Of a stretch of 64,000 nucleotides of DNA, positions 18,454 through 27,683 are shown one piece after another. A program made the translations under genes and the position numbers. Below the pieces are notes generated by a model, which had not been told where the DNA came from, did not search any database, and was given only the letters and a program-made list of their open reading frames with translations. This DNA is from Symbiobacterium thermophilum. Its GTDB lineage: Bacteria; Bacillota; Sulfobacillia; UBA995. The stretch is taken from assembly GCA_020725145.1 (NCBI GenBank), contig DYFO01000004.1:2042-66041 (forward strand). Direction: 5' to 3'. Positions within the stretch are counted from its first letter, which is position 1. Every line of letters starts with the position of its first letter.

Positions 18454-19333
18454 GAGCTTCTTGCAGGGCGTGGCGGTACTCCTCGGAGCGTATGTGGCGG
18501 TCGAGCGGCGGGTGTTGCCACGCGCGGTGCTCCGGCCGGTACTGCGCCATCACGTTCAAATAGGTGTCGCGCGAAACCTCTTCCGCCAGGAAGCGGACTA
18601 CCTCGCGAGTTCCGGCAAGGTTCCCCGGTAGCACGAGATGCCGGACCAAAAGACCCCGAAAGGCCACTCCCCGTTCGTCCAGCTTCAGGTCACCTACCTG
18701 TCGGTGCATCTCAAGAACGGCCGCGCGGTTGTGCTCGGGGTAATCGGGGGCCTTCGACAGGCGGCGAGCGGTGTCGGCATCGGCGTACTTCATGTCCGGC
18801 ATGTAAATGTCGACGATCCCCTCCAGAACCCGCAGGGCTTCGGACGACTCATAGCCTCCGCAGTTGTATACCAGCGGTATCCGCAGCCCCTGCGCGGCTG
18901 CGATCTCCAGCGCTTCCACGACCATCGGCGTGACGTGGGTGGGGCTCACCAGGTTGATGTTGTGGCAGCCCAGGGCCTGCAGACGAAGCATGATGGCGGC
19001 CAGCTCCCGGGGTTCGACGGATACCGCTCCTTCTCCGGACAGGCTGATCTCGTAGTTCTGGCAGAACACACAGCGCAGGACGCAGTGGGCGAAGAAAATG
19101 GTACCGGAGCCATAAGTGCCCACCAGGGGGGGCTCCTCGCCGAAATGGGGACCGTAACTGGCTACGGCTGCCCGATCACCGGTGCGGCAGACGCCGAATT
19201 GTCCGCGCCGCCGATCCACCCGGCAGTGGCGGGGGCACAGGCGACAAGGCTTGCCGAGCATGTCCTTGAGCTGCCGCGCCCGCGCGCCCAGTTCAGCCCT
19301 CCGGTCAAGTTCGAGGTATGAGGCCTCCGGCAT
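18419..19333 (-). CDS. Radical SAM protein, PflX-type (pyruvate formate-lyase activating enzyme homologue)
   Basis: CVLRCVFCQN radical-SAM cluster motif plus an N-terminal Cys motif CRLCPRHC. Confidence 0.75.
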   Translation of the reverse strand: MPEASYLELDRRAELGARARQLKDMLGKPCRLCPRHCRVDRRRGQFGVCRTGDRAAVASYGPHFGEEPPLVGTYGSGTIFFAHCVLRCVFCQNYEISLSGEGAVSVEPRELAAIMLRLQALGCHNINLVSPTHVTPMVVEALEIAAAQGLRIPLVYNCGGYESSEALRVLEGIVDIYMPDMKYADADTARRLSKAPDYPEHNRAAVLEMHRQVGDLKLDERGVAFRGLLVRHLVLPGNLAGTREVVRFLAEEVSRDTYLNVMAQYRPEHRAWQHPPLDRHIRSEEYRHALQEARAAGLRRLEPC

Positions 19334-19336
19334 CGG

Positions 19337-20650
19337 TCAGCGCTTCTCCCCGTCGGGGAGGATTCTCTCCCGGCGTGGGGCATCCCTTTCCACCCCCGTC
19401 AGCAGACGCAAGGCCTCGAGGTCGCTTGCCGCCACGGCGTACGCCCGCTTCCGAAGCTCGCGGTACACCTCGAGGGCCCGTCCTCCCGTGTAGTCTCGTT
19501 CTTCGAGCGGAGTGGCTTCCACCAGCACCACCGGCACCTCGGCGAGCACCGCCCGACGCACCGCCTCCAGGTTGGCGAGGTTGCCGTGGCCGAACGGCAC
19601 GTCGGCGAGCACCACCCAGTCGGCGGCGATCGCGGCCGCCGCGTTGCGCTGCCCCGCCGCCGCATCCACGGGCGAGAAGGGGGCGACCTCCACCGTTTCC
19701 AGGCCCAAGGCGCGTGCGGCCGTCCAGTCGCTGTCGCCGCGGTTGAGAGCTCCCGTGCTTACCCGGAAGCCGGCGGTTACCAGGGCCTCGAGCAACCAGC
19801 TGGCACTGCCCCCCCCACCGACCACGTGGACCTTCCCCCTGGGAAGCCCCTGACCACAAGTGGGGTCATGGGCGGCCGCGATCAGGCTGACCTGGGGGAC
19901 ACCGTGGACGGGGTGACGCGAAACCACCACCCGGCTGCCGTACACGTCCTGCAGTCGCGGCGGTACTAGCACCTCTTCGGCGGACCCACGGCAGCTGACC
20001 CGTCCCTGGTGAAGCAAAACCAGCCGGTCGCAGTACAGGGCCGCCAGGTTGAGGTCGTGAAGGACCACCAGCACCCCCAGTCCAGTGTCGCGGTTGAGTC
20101 GGCAAAGGAGATCCAAAAGCTCCACCTGGTGGGCGATATCGAGGTGCGCCGTGGGCTCGTCCAGCAAAAGATAGGCCGGTTCCTGGGCCAGGGCGCGCGC
20201 GATCAGCACGCGCTGGCGTTCGCCCGCCGACAGCCCCGTGAAATCCCGGCCTGCCAGCGCAAGCGTTCCGGTCAGCGACATCGCCCGGCGTGCGGCCCCC
20301 ACGTCACGGGGACCCTCGGCCCGGAAGCGCTCGAGGTGGGGCAGACGTCCCATCAGCACCAGATCCTGGACGCAAAGCGGGAAGTCGGCCGGTGCCTCCT
20401 GTCCGACCGCGGCCACCCTGCGCGCGACCGCCGACGGAGGCATTCTCCAAAGGTCGCGACCGTCCAGCAGGACGCGTCCGCGCAGAGGGCGCAGCACCCG
20501 CGTCATCACCTTCAGGAGGGTTGACTTGCCGGCGGCGTTGGGGCCGATCAGGGCTATGAAGTCACCCGGCTTGAGCTCCAGGTCGACGTCCTGCACCACC
20601 GGGTGCCCGTCGTACCCGCAGCTCACCGCGTCAAGCTTCAGGCTTGCCAA
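19337..20650 (-). CDS. ABC transporter ATP-binding protein (FecE/BtuD-like) with a roughly 180-aa uncharacterised C-terminal alpha/beta domain
   Basis: Walker A GPNAAGKST, signature LSAGERQ, Walker B LLLDEP. The ATPase ends near residue 255, followed by VHVVGGGGSASWL... with no Walker motif. Confidence 0.8.
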   Translation of the reverse strand: MASLKLDAVSCGYDGHPVVQDVDLELKPGDFIALIGPNAAGKSTLLKVMTRVLRPLRGRVLLDGRDLWRMPPSAVARRVAAVGQEAPADFPLCVQDLVLMGRLPHLERFRAEGPRDVGAARRAMSLTGTLALAGRDFTGLSAGERQRVLIARALAQEPAYLLLDEPTAHLDIAHQVELLDLLCRLNRDTGLGVLVVLHDLNLAALYCDRLVLLHQGRVSCRGSAEEVLVPPRLQDVYGSRVVVSRHPVHGVPQVSLIAAAHDPTCGQGLPRGKVHVVGGGGSASWLLEALVTAGFRVSTGALNRGDSDWTAARALGLETVEVAPFSPVDAAAGQRNAAAAIAADWVVLADVPFGHGNLANLEAVRRAVLAEVPVVLVEATPLEERDYTGGRALEVYRELRKRAYAVAASDLEALRLLTGVERDAPRRERILPDGEKR

Positions 20651-20668
20651 GTCTCGCCCCTCCTCGTG

Positions 20669-21736
20669 TTACCAGAATCGGGTCCGGGCCCGCCGCAGGA
20701 GATAGAGGAAGAACGGCCCTCCGATCAGCGAGGTGATGATGCCGACGGGGATCTCCCCCGGGGCCAACGCCACCCGGGCGGCCGTATCGGCGAGCACCAG
20801 CAAGGCGGCCCCCCCCAGCCCGGCCGCCGGCAGCAGGATTCGGTGGTCTGCTCCTACCACCAGGCGGGCCATGTGCGGCACCACCAGTCCGACAAAGCCG
20901 ATGATCCCGGCCACCGCCACCGCCGCCGCGGTGGCCAGGGCGGCCGCGGCGACCAGCCACAGCTTGACCCGCTCGGTATCCACCCCTAACTGGCGTGCGC
21001 TCTCCTCCCCGAGCAGCAGCGCATTGAGTTCACGGGCCAGCAGGAGGATGCCGCCGGCACCGAGCAGCATGTACGGTGAAGCCGCGGCCAGGTGGAACCA
21101 GCCGCGTCCGCCCAAGCCGCCCATGAGCCAGAAGATGACCGGCCGCACGTCACGATGGGCGAACACCAGCAGCGCGGAAACCAGGGCCGAGAGGAAGGAA
21201 CCCACCGCCACTCCGGCCAGCAGCAGGTTCAGCACGGGCAGGCGACCTCCGGTGCGCGCCAGCGTGTAGACCATCGCGATGCTGGCCAGCGCGCCGAGGA
21301 AGGCGGCTGCCGGGACCATCCCCAACCCCAGGCCTTTGCCCAGCCCCAGCGTCATCGCCAGCGTGGCGCCCAGTGCCGCTCCGGAGGAAACCCCGATGAC
21401 GTATGGATCGGCCATCGGGTTGCGGAGCAGGCCTTGCAGGGCGGCGCCCGCAAGCCCCAGGGTTGCGCCGACGGCGGCGGCGAGCGCCACCCGAGGGGAG
21501 CGTACCGCGAGCACGATCTGCTCGTGACTGGCGGGCCAGGCCGCCGGGGGAGGCGGACCTACCCCCGGCAGCCGGTGCAGCAGGATGCGCGCCACTTCGC
21601 GGACGGGTATGGCCACCGATCCCGATGCCAGGGCCAGCAGGCAGGAAACGAGAAGCAACCCGCCGAGTGCACCCACGGTGACCCGCCAGCGCCGCTTCCG
21701 AAGCGCCAGGTAAAGATCCTCGGACTGCGCGCTCAC
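20669..21736 (-). CDS. Iron-siderophore/cobalamin ABC transporter permease (FecCD family)
   Basis: 355 aa, about 9 TM helices, FecCD-type conserved Gly-rich regions; 4-bp overlaps with both neighbours. Confidence 0.85.
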   Translation of the reverse strand: MSAQSEDLYLALRKRRWRVTVGALGGLLLVSCLLALASGSVAIPVREVARILLHRLPGVGPPPPAAWPASHEQIVLAVRSPRVALAAAVGATLGLAGAALQGLLRNPMADPYVIGVSSGAALGATLAMTLGLGKGLGLGMVPAAAFLGALASIAMVYTLARTGGRLPVLNLLLAGVAVGSFLSALVSALLVFAHRDVRPVIFWLMGGLGGRGWFHLAAASPYMLLGAGGILLLARELNALLLGEESARQLGVDTERVKLWLVAAAALATAAAVAVAGIIGFVGLVVPHMARLVVGADHRILLPAAGLGGAALLVLADTAARVALAPGEIPVGIITSLIGGPFFLYLLRRARTRFW

Positions 21737-22635
21737 CGGAACACCTGGGGATGGAGCAGTCGGGCCACCAGCTCGACTCCGTCGACCACCCGAGGTCCGG
21801 GACGGCTCACCAGGTCGGCGTCCACCCGGTAGACCCTTCCCTCTCGCACCGCCCGCAGGTTGCTCCAGCCCGGCAAGGCCTCGAGTCCCGGTCCGAGGGT
21901 CGGGTCTAGCGCGGCGAGCACGATCACGTCCGGGTTTTTCTCGAGCAGCGCTTCCAGGCTGTACTGCGCATACGGCACACCGAGAGCCTCGGCAACGTTC
22001 CTGCCGCCACTGCTCTCAAGCAGGTCGTGGACGAAGGACCCCGGCCCCACCGTCCACAGGAGATCGTCGAGCACCCAGAAGACGGTGGGACGCGCGGTGA
22101 CGGGTATTTCAGCCACCCGGCGGCGCACCTCCTGCAGCCGCGAGCGCATGGACGCTGCGAGTTCGCGGGCCTGCTCGATCCTCCCGGTCACCTCACCCAC
22201 AAGCTCGACCTGTGCCGGCACTTCGTCCACGGTGGCGGCGTTCACCACCACCACAGGGATATCGTAGGCTTGGAGACGCAGCACGATCTCACTCTCGGCC
22301 GTGCCCGCCGCCAGCACCACGTCCGGCTTGAGACCGACGATGCGCTCGTAATCCGGACTCCAGGCGTCCCCCACCTTCGTGAGGCTGCGTGCTTCCTCAG
22401 GGTAGTCACACCAGGTCGTCACCCCTACCAGTCGATCGCCAAGACCCAGCGCAAAAAGGATCTCGGTGCAGGCAGGGGCCATGCTCACGATGCGGGATGG
22501 CGAGGCCGCCGGGAGCGTCACCACCCTTCCTGCACCGTCGGTAACCGTGCGTTCGACAGGGACGGCGGTACGGCAGCCGGCAACGCCCAGCAGGGCAACC
22601 ACCACCGCCAGCGCAAGTCTGCGGGTCGCTTTCAA
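21733..22635 (-). CDS. ABC transporter periplasmic-type substrate-binding lipoprotein (BtuF/FhuD-like)
   Basis: TTG start at 22635 lies 9 nt after AGGAGG; lipobox LLGVAGC. The longer ORF to 22791 has no RBS. Confidence 0.8.
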   Translation of the reverse strand: MKATRRLALAVVVALLGVAGCRTAVPVERTVTDGAGRVVTLPAASPSRIVSMAPACTEILFALGLGDRLVGVTTWCDYPEEARSLTKVGDAWSPDYERIVGLKPDVVLAAGTAESEIVLRLQAYDIPVVVVNAATVDEVPAQVELVGEVTGRIEQARELAASMRSRLQEVRRRVAEIPVTARPTVFWVLDDLLWTVGPGSFVHDLLESSGGRNVAEALGVPYAQYSLEALLEKNPDVIVLAALDPTLGPGLEALPGWSNLRAVREGRVYRVDADLVSRPGPRVVDGVELVARLLHPQVFR

Positions 22636-22699
22636 GGCAAGCTCCTCCTTCCGGCATGAACAGGGAAGCCCCCGGTCCCTGTGGACTGGGGGCTGTCGG

Positions 22700-22945
22700 C
22701 CAAAACGGCGCGGACGACGCGTCCCCCCTTTCCGACGAGGGTTGACACGCAGGCGGACGGGCAGGTCTCCTGGCTCCCGGATCATCCTCACCTGCGCCTT
22801 CCCGCCCGGTGGGCAGTGGCTGCGTGCAGGTATCGTCTCCGGTCACAGTGGCGCGGACCGCGCCGTTTCGCAGGCCAACTGGCCTGCTCCGGACTTCCCT
22901 ATTCTCCTCCCCGGCAGGGGAGAAACCCGTCCACGCTATGCGGTT
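22700..22945 (-). ncRNA. Cobalamin (B12) riboswitch in the 5' leader of the btuF-like operon
   Basis: Minus strand reads AAUAGGGAAGUCCGGAGCAGGCC ... GCGCCACUGUGACCGGAGACGA ... AGCCACUGCCCACCGGGCGGGAAGGC (B12 box), followed by a short hairpin GGACGcguCGUCC plus GCCGUUUUGG. Confidence 0.7.
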
Positions 22946-22952
22946 TGTCCTC

Positions 22953-22981
22953 ATTATACCCGCGGCACCGGTCCGAGCTCA
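22953..22981 (-). promoter_or_regulatory. Sigma-A promoter TTGAGC-N18-TATAAT driving the B12 riboswitch operon
   Basis: Minus strand TTGAGCtcggaccggtgccgcgggTATAAT ends about 8 nt before the start of the riboswitch conserved core. Confidence 0.45.
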
Positions 22982-23098
22982 AGGGGTTGACCGGTCCCGT
23001 CCATCGCCGAGAGGAACCTCAAGCTCAGGGCACGAATCCCGTTCCGCAGAAGACCTCGAGCAGTGTTGCCGTCCTGCTCCTGAGGGGAGGAAGACGGC

Positions 23099-23995
23099 TT
23101 GACTGCGGCAGACCTGATGCTCGCGCTGGTCGTGGTGATCTGGGGAGCCCACTTCGCGGTGGTGAAGCAGGCCCTTGAGGTGGTCGATCCTGTGGTCTTT
23201 GGCCTTGGGCGATTTGGGCTTGCCGCGGGAGCCCTCCTGCTGGTGGTCCGGCTACGTGAGGGAAGTTTTGGCCTGCAACCCCAGGCGCGGCTACCCATGT
23301 TGGCGCTGGGAGCGGTGGGGGCCGCCAACCAGCTGCTCTGGATGTACGGGCTGCAGGGTACTACCTCGGGAAAGTCCGCCCTCATCTACGCGCTGTCGCC
23401 CAGCTTCGTGGCGATCATGCAGGCCATGGAAGGCAAGCGGGTGAACTGGCGGGTGATCTCGGGGTTCACGGTGGCGCTGGTGGGGGTGGCCGCCATCGTG
23501 AATCCGGGCCACATCGGGCCCTCGCAACTCACGGGCGACCTTCTGACGCTGGCGGCGGCCGTGGCTTGGGCCGCCTATACCAACGCCGGACCGCGCCTTC
23601 TGCGCTCACATTCGCCGCTGCGCGTGACCGCCTGGACCTTCCTGATCACCGCGGCGACGATGGCCCCCGTGGGCCTCGTCCATGCCGCCCGCGTGCCCTG
23701 GGACCGGCTCCCGACATCGCTTGGGTGGCAGCTGGGGTACTCCGGTCTTCTGGGGGCGGGCCTCGCCTGGGTGCTTTGGTACCGCGCGGTGCGTGACCTC
23801 GGTCCCCTCCGGGTGATGGCCTACCAGTACATGGTGCCGGTGGTGGCGCTCGGGGTTTCGGTTCTGGGGCTCAGGGAGCCTTTCCGCTGGAACCACGCGC
23901 TGGGCGCTGCCCTCGTGCTGGCGGGGACGCTGACCACGCGGACGGCCCTCCAGGCCGGACCCTCGCCTGCGGCAGAACGCGCCAGGGCCGCCTGA
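23099..23995 (+). CDS. EamA/DMT-family transporter
   Basis: 298 aa, 10 TM helices, duplicated EamA domain architecture; TTG start with a GGAGGAAG RBS. Confidence 0.8.
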   Translation: MTAADLMLALVVVIWGAHFAVVKQALEVVDPVVFGLGRFGLAAGALLLVVRLREGSFGLQPQARLPMLALGAVGAANQLLWMYGLQGTTSGKSALIYALSPSFVAIMQAMEGKRVNWRVISGFTVALVGVAAIVNPGHIGPSQLTGDLLTLAAAVAWAAYTNAGPRLLRSHSPLRVTAWTFLITAATMAPVGLVHAARVPWDRLPTSLGWQLGYSGLLGAGLAWVLWYRAVRDLGPLRVMAYQYMVPVVALGVSVLGLREPFRWNHALGAALVLAGTLTTRTALQAGPSPAAERARAA

Positions 23996-24280
23996 TCACC
24001 CCTCCGCCTGCGCCTGGCGCACGTAGTTGAGCCGGAGGTCGGCCAGCAACACCTCCAGCTCGCGCGATCGTGGGGCGGGCACGCAGCGGGCGATCGCTTC
24101 CAGGGCGTCTATGGCGGCGCGCGCCTCCGTTAGATCACGCGCCAGTTCTCCGGTCGCCGGATCCACCACCAGCCCCATGCTCTGCCAGGCGCGCGCGGTC
24201 AACATGGCCGCCGCCCACTCCAGGATATCGGACACCGTCGGAAGCCCCGCGCGGTGCTCCGTGTCCTCGCGGCTATCCAA
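23996..24280 (-). CDS. Hypothetical small protein
   Basis: 94-aa ORF, Ala/Leu-rich, no recognisable motif. Confidence 0.3.
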   Translation of the reverse strand: MDSREDTEHRAGLPTVSDILEWAAAMLTARAWQSMGLVVDPATGELARDLTEARAAIDALEAIARCVPAPRSRELEVLLADLRLNYVRQAQAEG

Positions 24281-24301
24281 CCCTGGTTCCCCCTAATGCA
24301 G

Positions 24302-24892
24302 TCATGACAGGAGCCGTGCCACCCGGTCCAGGAAGTCAAGTGATGCCCGGTAATCCGGGCCGACCAGTTCGCGGGCGGGCGCGGTGTAGAGGCTCTCGTA
24401 GCCGGCAACGAAACTTTCCCGAACCGTGGGCAGGTAAACTGCCCAGTGCGTCCCCTCCCGAAGCGCCCGGCACCCGGCGTCGGCCAGCAGATCGGCGAGG
24501 TAGTACCCCTTCATGCGGTCGAGCTTGTCCGCGTCGTAGAGGATCTTGGCCTCAACGGGGAGGAGGTCGCGCTCCGGGCCATGAAGCGGGAAGCTGTGGT
24601 GCAGGACGGCCAGCGCCACCTGATGGGAGCGATCGGACGGGTAACCCCGATCGGTCAGGAACTCCCGGGCACGTTCCGCGGAGCGCCGGGCATGGTCCTC
24701 GGGGCCTTCGTCCACCCGGGCGAGGTCGTGAAACCAGGCCGCGACCAGCACTGCCTCCCGATCCGCCTGCGGGAGCCGGGCGGCCAGCTCTTCGCAGTAG
24801 CCGACCACCGCACGCACGTGCCCAAGCAGCCTTGAACGCGCGTATGCTTCCCGGGTGGCCTCCTCGGCAAGCTGGATCCAGTTCACGCTCAA
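24302..24892 (-). CDS. HD-domain phosphohydrolase
   Basis: HD motif (WFHDLAR) with downstream His/Asp (YDADKLD). Confidence 0.7.
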   Translation of the reverse strand: MSVNWIQLAEEATREAYARSRLLGHVRAVVGYCEELAARLPQADREAVLVAAWFHDLARVDEGPEDHARRSAERAREFLTDRGYPSDRSHQVALAVLHHSFPLHGPERDLLPVEAKILYDADKLDRMKGYYLADLLADAGCRALREGTHWAVYLPTVRESFVAGYESLYTAPARELVGPDYRASLDFLDRVARLLS

Positions 24893-26082
24893 CCTGTCCT
24901 CTCCCCATCCGCGAGTATTTCGGCTGCGGCCGACATCCCCGCTCCCGGCGGCGGGCCAAGTCCCTGTTCGCGAAGCACCGCCTCCAAGGCCGCCATTAGC
25001 AGGATGACGTTCCTGGGCTGGCAGGAGTAGCCCATGGTGCCTATCCGCCAGATCTTCCCCTTCAGCGGTCCGAGGCCGCCACCGATCTCGATGCCGAAGC
25101 GATCGAGGAGGGCCCGCCTGGTACGCAGATCATCGGCTCCTTCGGGCACCCGCACCGCGGTCAGCGTGGGCAGCCGCCAGGGCTCGGGAACGAAAAGCTC
25201 AAGCCCCATCGCCTCCAGCCCGGCGCACACCGCCCGCGAATGCAGTCGATGGCGGCAAAAGCGCCGATCAAGACCTTCCTCCTCCACCAGGCGCAAGGCC
25301 TCGCGCAGCGCGTACAGCATGGAGATGGGAGCGGTGTGATGGTAGAAGCGATCCTTTCCCCAGTAGTTCATGATCATGGTCAGGTCGAGGTACCAGCTCT
25401 GAACCGGCGTCTTCCTGCGCAAGAGCGCCTCCTCCGCCCGTGTGCCCAAGCTCACTGGCGCCAGGCCCGGCGGGCAGGACAGGCACTTCTGGGTGCCGCT
25501 GTAGGCAGCGTCCACCTCCCAGGCGTCCAGGGCTACCTCGCAGCCGCCCAGCGAGGTGACGCAGTCCACCACGAGCAACGCTCCCGCCCGGCGCGCCAGC
25601 TCCCCAAGCGGCGGAATCGGCTGCAGAACACCGGTAGAGGTCTCCGCATGAACCACGGCGAGGAGTTTGGGGTTCTTGGCCTTTCTGAGGGCGTCTTCAA
25701 CCGCGGACGGGTCAAGGGCCCTGCCCCACTCGGCCTCCACCGCGTAAAGCTCGGCGCCACACCGGCGCACGATATCGGCCATACGCCGCCCGAACTCGCC
25801 GTTCACGCCGACTACCGCCCGGTCTCCCGGCTCGAGCAGGTTGACCAGCACCGTCTCCATCCCCGCGCTGCCGGTTCCCGAGATCGGCAGCGTGAGGCGG
25901 TTGGCGGTCTGAAACGCCTGCCGGAGCAGGGCCATTACCTCGTTCAGGACGTCCAGGAAGGCCGGGTCCAGGTGACCCACCAGGGGGGTGGCCATCACCC
26001 GCAGCACGCGCGGATCGACATCGCTGGGGCCCGGCCCCATGAGGATCCGGGATGGGACTCGCAGTTCGGTCACTGACGCCAA
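24889..26082 (-). CDS. Class V aminotransferase (alanine-glyoxylate / serine-pyruvate aminotransferase family)
   Basis: 397 aa; N-terminus LMGPGPSDVDPRVL; PLP lysine context SGTQKCL. Confidence 0.8.
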   Translation of the reverse strand: MASVTELRVPSRILMGPGPSDVDPRVLRVMATPLVGHLDPAFLDVLNEVMALLRQAFQTANRLTLPISGTGSAGMETVLVNLLEPGDRAVVGVNGEFGRRMADIVRRCGAELYAVEAEWGRALDPSAVEDALRKAKNPKLLAVVHAETSTGVLQPIPPLGELARRAGALLVVDCVTSLGGCEVALDAWEVDAAYSGTQKCLSCPPGLAPVSLGTRAEEALLRRKTPVQSWYLDLTMIMNYWGKDRFYHHTAPISMLYALREALRLVEEEGLDRRFCRHRLHSRAVCAGLEAMGLELFVPEPWRLPTLTAVRVPEGADDLRTRRALLDRFGIEIGGGLGPLKGKIWRIGTMGYSCQPRNVILLMAALEAVLREQGLGPPPGAGMSAAAEILADGERTG

Positions 26083-26104
26083 CGTCTCCTCACGCCCCTG
26101 TCTT

Positions 26105-27145
26105 CTAAAGGATCTTCACCAGCCGGGGGTTGGGGGTGCGACCGGGAATCCTGCCCCGTTTCGCCAGCGGCTGGCCGTTGACTTCCTTGAGGTCCATCGT
26201 CATGTCGATGGGCCGAGCTCGAGCGATGTAGCTGCCAACTCCAAAAGCGTCGGCTCCGGCCTGTGCCAGGGCGGGCATGCGATCGGGGGTGATGCCGCCG
26301 GAGACGAGAATGCGCACATGGCGGTAACCCGCGGCATCCAGCCGCGCCCGGACCTCCGCCACCAGATCCGGGGTCACCCCGCCGCGTTCCATGGGGGTAT
26401 CCAGGCGCACCGCTTGCAGCCGATCGCCGAGCGCGGCGGCCACCCGCAGCGACTCCTCTGCCTCATCCTTGAAGGTATCCACGAGCACCACGCGTGGCTG
26501 TTCGGGCGGCATCACCCGGTCGTAGCACTCGGCGACCTTCACGGTGTCACCGACGATGAGGATGGCGGCGTGCGGCATGGTGCCGCTGGGCTGGCGGCCG
26601 GCCAAGACCGCCCCCAGCACGCAGCTGGCGCCGCTCGCCCCACCGACCACGGCCGCGCGCTCCATGACCGGAGCCACCGCAGGATGCACGTGGCGGGCGC
26701 CGAAGCACAGAAACGGCCGGTCTCCGGCAGCCTGGCGGCACTCCCTGGCCGCCGTAGCCCAGGCCGAGCTCTGGGCGAGGATCCCCAGTATGGCCGTCTC
26801 GTATAGCCCAAACCGCTCATAGGGACCTTCGATGCGCAGCACGACTTCGCGCTCGGCGAAGGTCTCCCCTTCCTGCAGGGCTTCCAGCCTCACTCCCCGA
26901 CCCAGCAGCAACTGGCGACACTCTTCCAGCCCCGCAAGCACGCCGGCACGGCTGGCGAAGACCTCAGCCACCACCGGGGCGTCGAGAAGTCCCAGCCCGG
27001 CGAGCACTTCCCGTGTCTTGATGAAGTATATGTCGGTGGTCGCGCCGGCCAGGATGTCCTCATGGGTGGCGGAGTAAAAGCGCCTGCCCGCCACCTCGAG
27101 CGCCGACACGTCGGCGAGGGTTCTCAGCTCCGCCAAGGCCACCAC
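26105..27145 (-). CDS. pncB: Nicotinate phosphoribosyltransferase (archaeal-type NAPRTase)
   Basis: TTDIYFIKTREVL N-terminal signature; the start is probably an internal GTG, since the long ORF overlaps the pncA 3' end. Confidence 0.7.
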   Translation of the reverse strand: MVALAELRTLADVSALEVAGRRFYSATHEDILAGATTDIYFIKTREVLAGLGLLDAPVVAEVFASRAGVLAGLEECRQLLLGRGVRLEALQEGETFAEREVVLRIEGPYERFGLYETAILGILAQSSAWATAARECRQAAGDRPFLCFGARHVHPAVAPVMERAAVVGGASGASCVLGAVLAGRQPSGTMPHAAILIVGDTVKVAECYDRVMPPEQPRVVLVDTFKDEAEESLRVAAALGDRLQAVRLDTPMERGGVTPDLVAEVRARLDAAGYRHVRILVSGGITPDRMPALAQAGADAFGVGSYIARARPIDMTMDLKEVNGQPLAKRGRIPGRTPNPRLVKIL

Positions 27146-27155
27146 TCTCCCTCGC

Positions 27156-27683
27156 TCAAGCGGATACCACCCGGACTCCGAGGGTCTTTTCCAGTTCCCT
27201 GAGAGCGAAGCGGTGGGCTGCGGCATCAAAGGAGGCGACGGCGTCCGCCGGCACCGTGACCGCGTAGTTGCGCATCCTCGCGTCGGCGGCGGTGTAAAGC
27301 ACGCAGATGTTCGTGCACACGCCCACCAGCGTCAGCTCGTCGATCCCCTGTTCCCGGAGGGCAAGGTCCAGATCCGTACCGTAAAAGCCGCTAAAACGTC
27401 GCTTGAACACGACGCGGTCGCGCTCCCGGGGCGAAAGCTCCGAGCAGATCTCGGCGCCTCGACTGCCTTCCACGCAGTGAGGCGGAAACATGCGGAACTC
27501 AAGGTCGTCGGGCCGGTGACGGTCGCACACGTAGATCACCGGGTCTCCCTGTGCCCGCGCCCGGTCAAGTTCCTCGCGGACGCGAGGGATGATCTCCCGG
27601 GCGTCGGGCCCGCAGTACAGCGCGCCGCCTTCTTCCACGAAATCCACCAGCATGTCGATCACCACTAGGGCTCGCTTCCCCAT
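27156..27683 (-). CDS. pncA: Nicotinamidase / isochorismatase-family hydrolase
   Basis: Start MGKRALVVIDMLVDF follows a GGAGGAG RBS; catalytic Cys context LVGVCTNICV. Confidence 0.75.
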   Translation of the reverse strand: MGKRALVVIDMLVDFVEEGGALYCGPDAREIIPRVREELDRARAQGDPVIYVCDRHRPDDLEFRMFPPHCVEGSRGAEICSELSPRERDRVVFKRRFSGFYGTDLDLALREQGIDELTLVGVCTNICVLYTAADARMRNYAVTVPADAVASFDAAAHRFALRELEKTLGVRVVSA

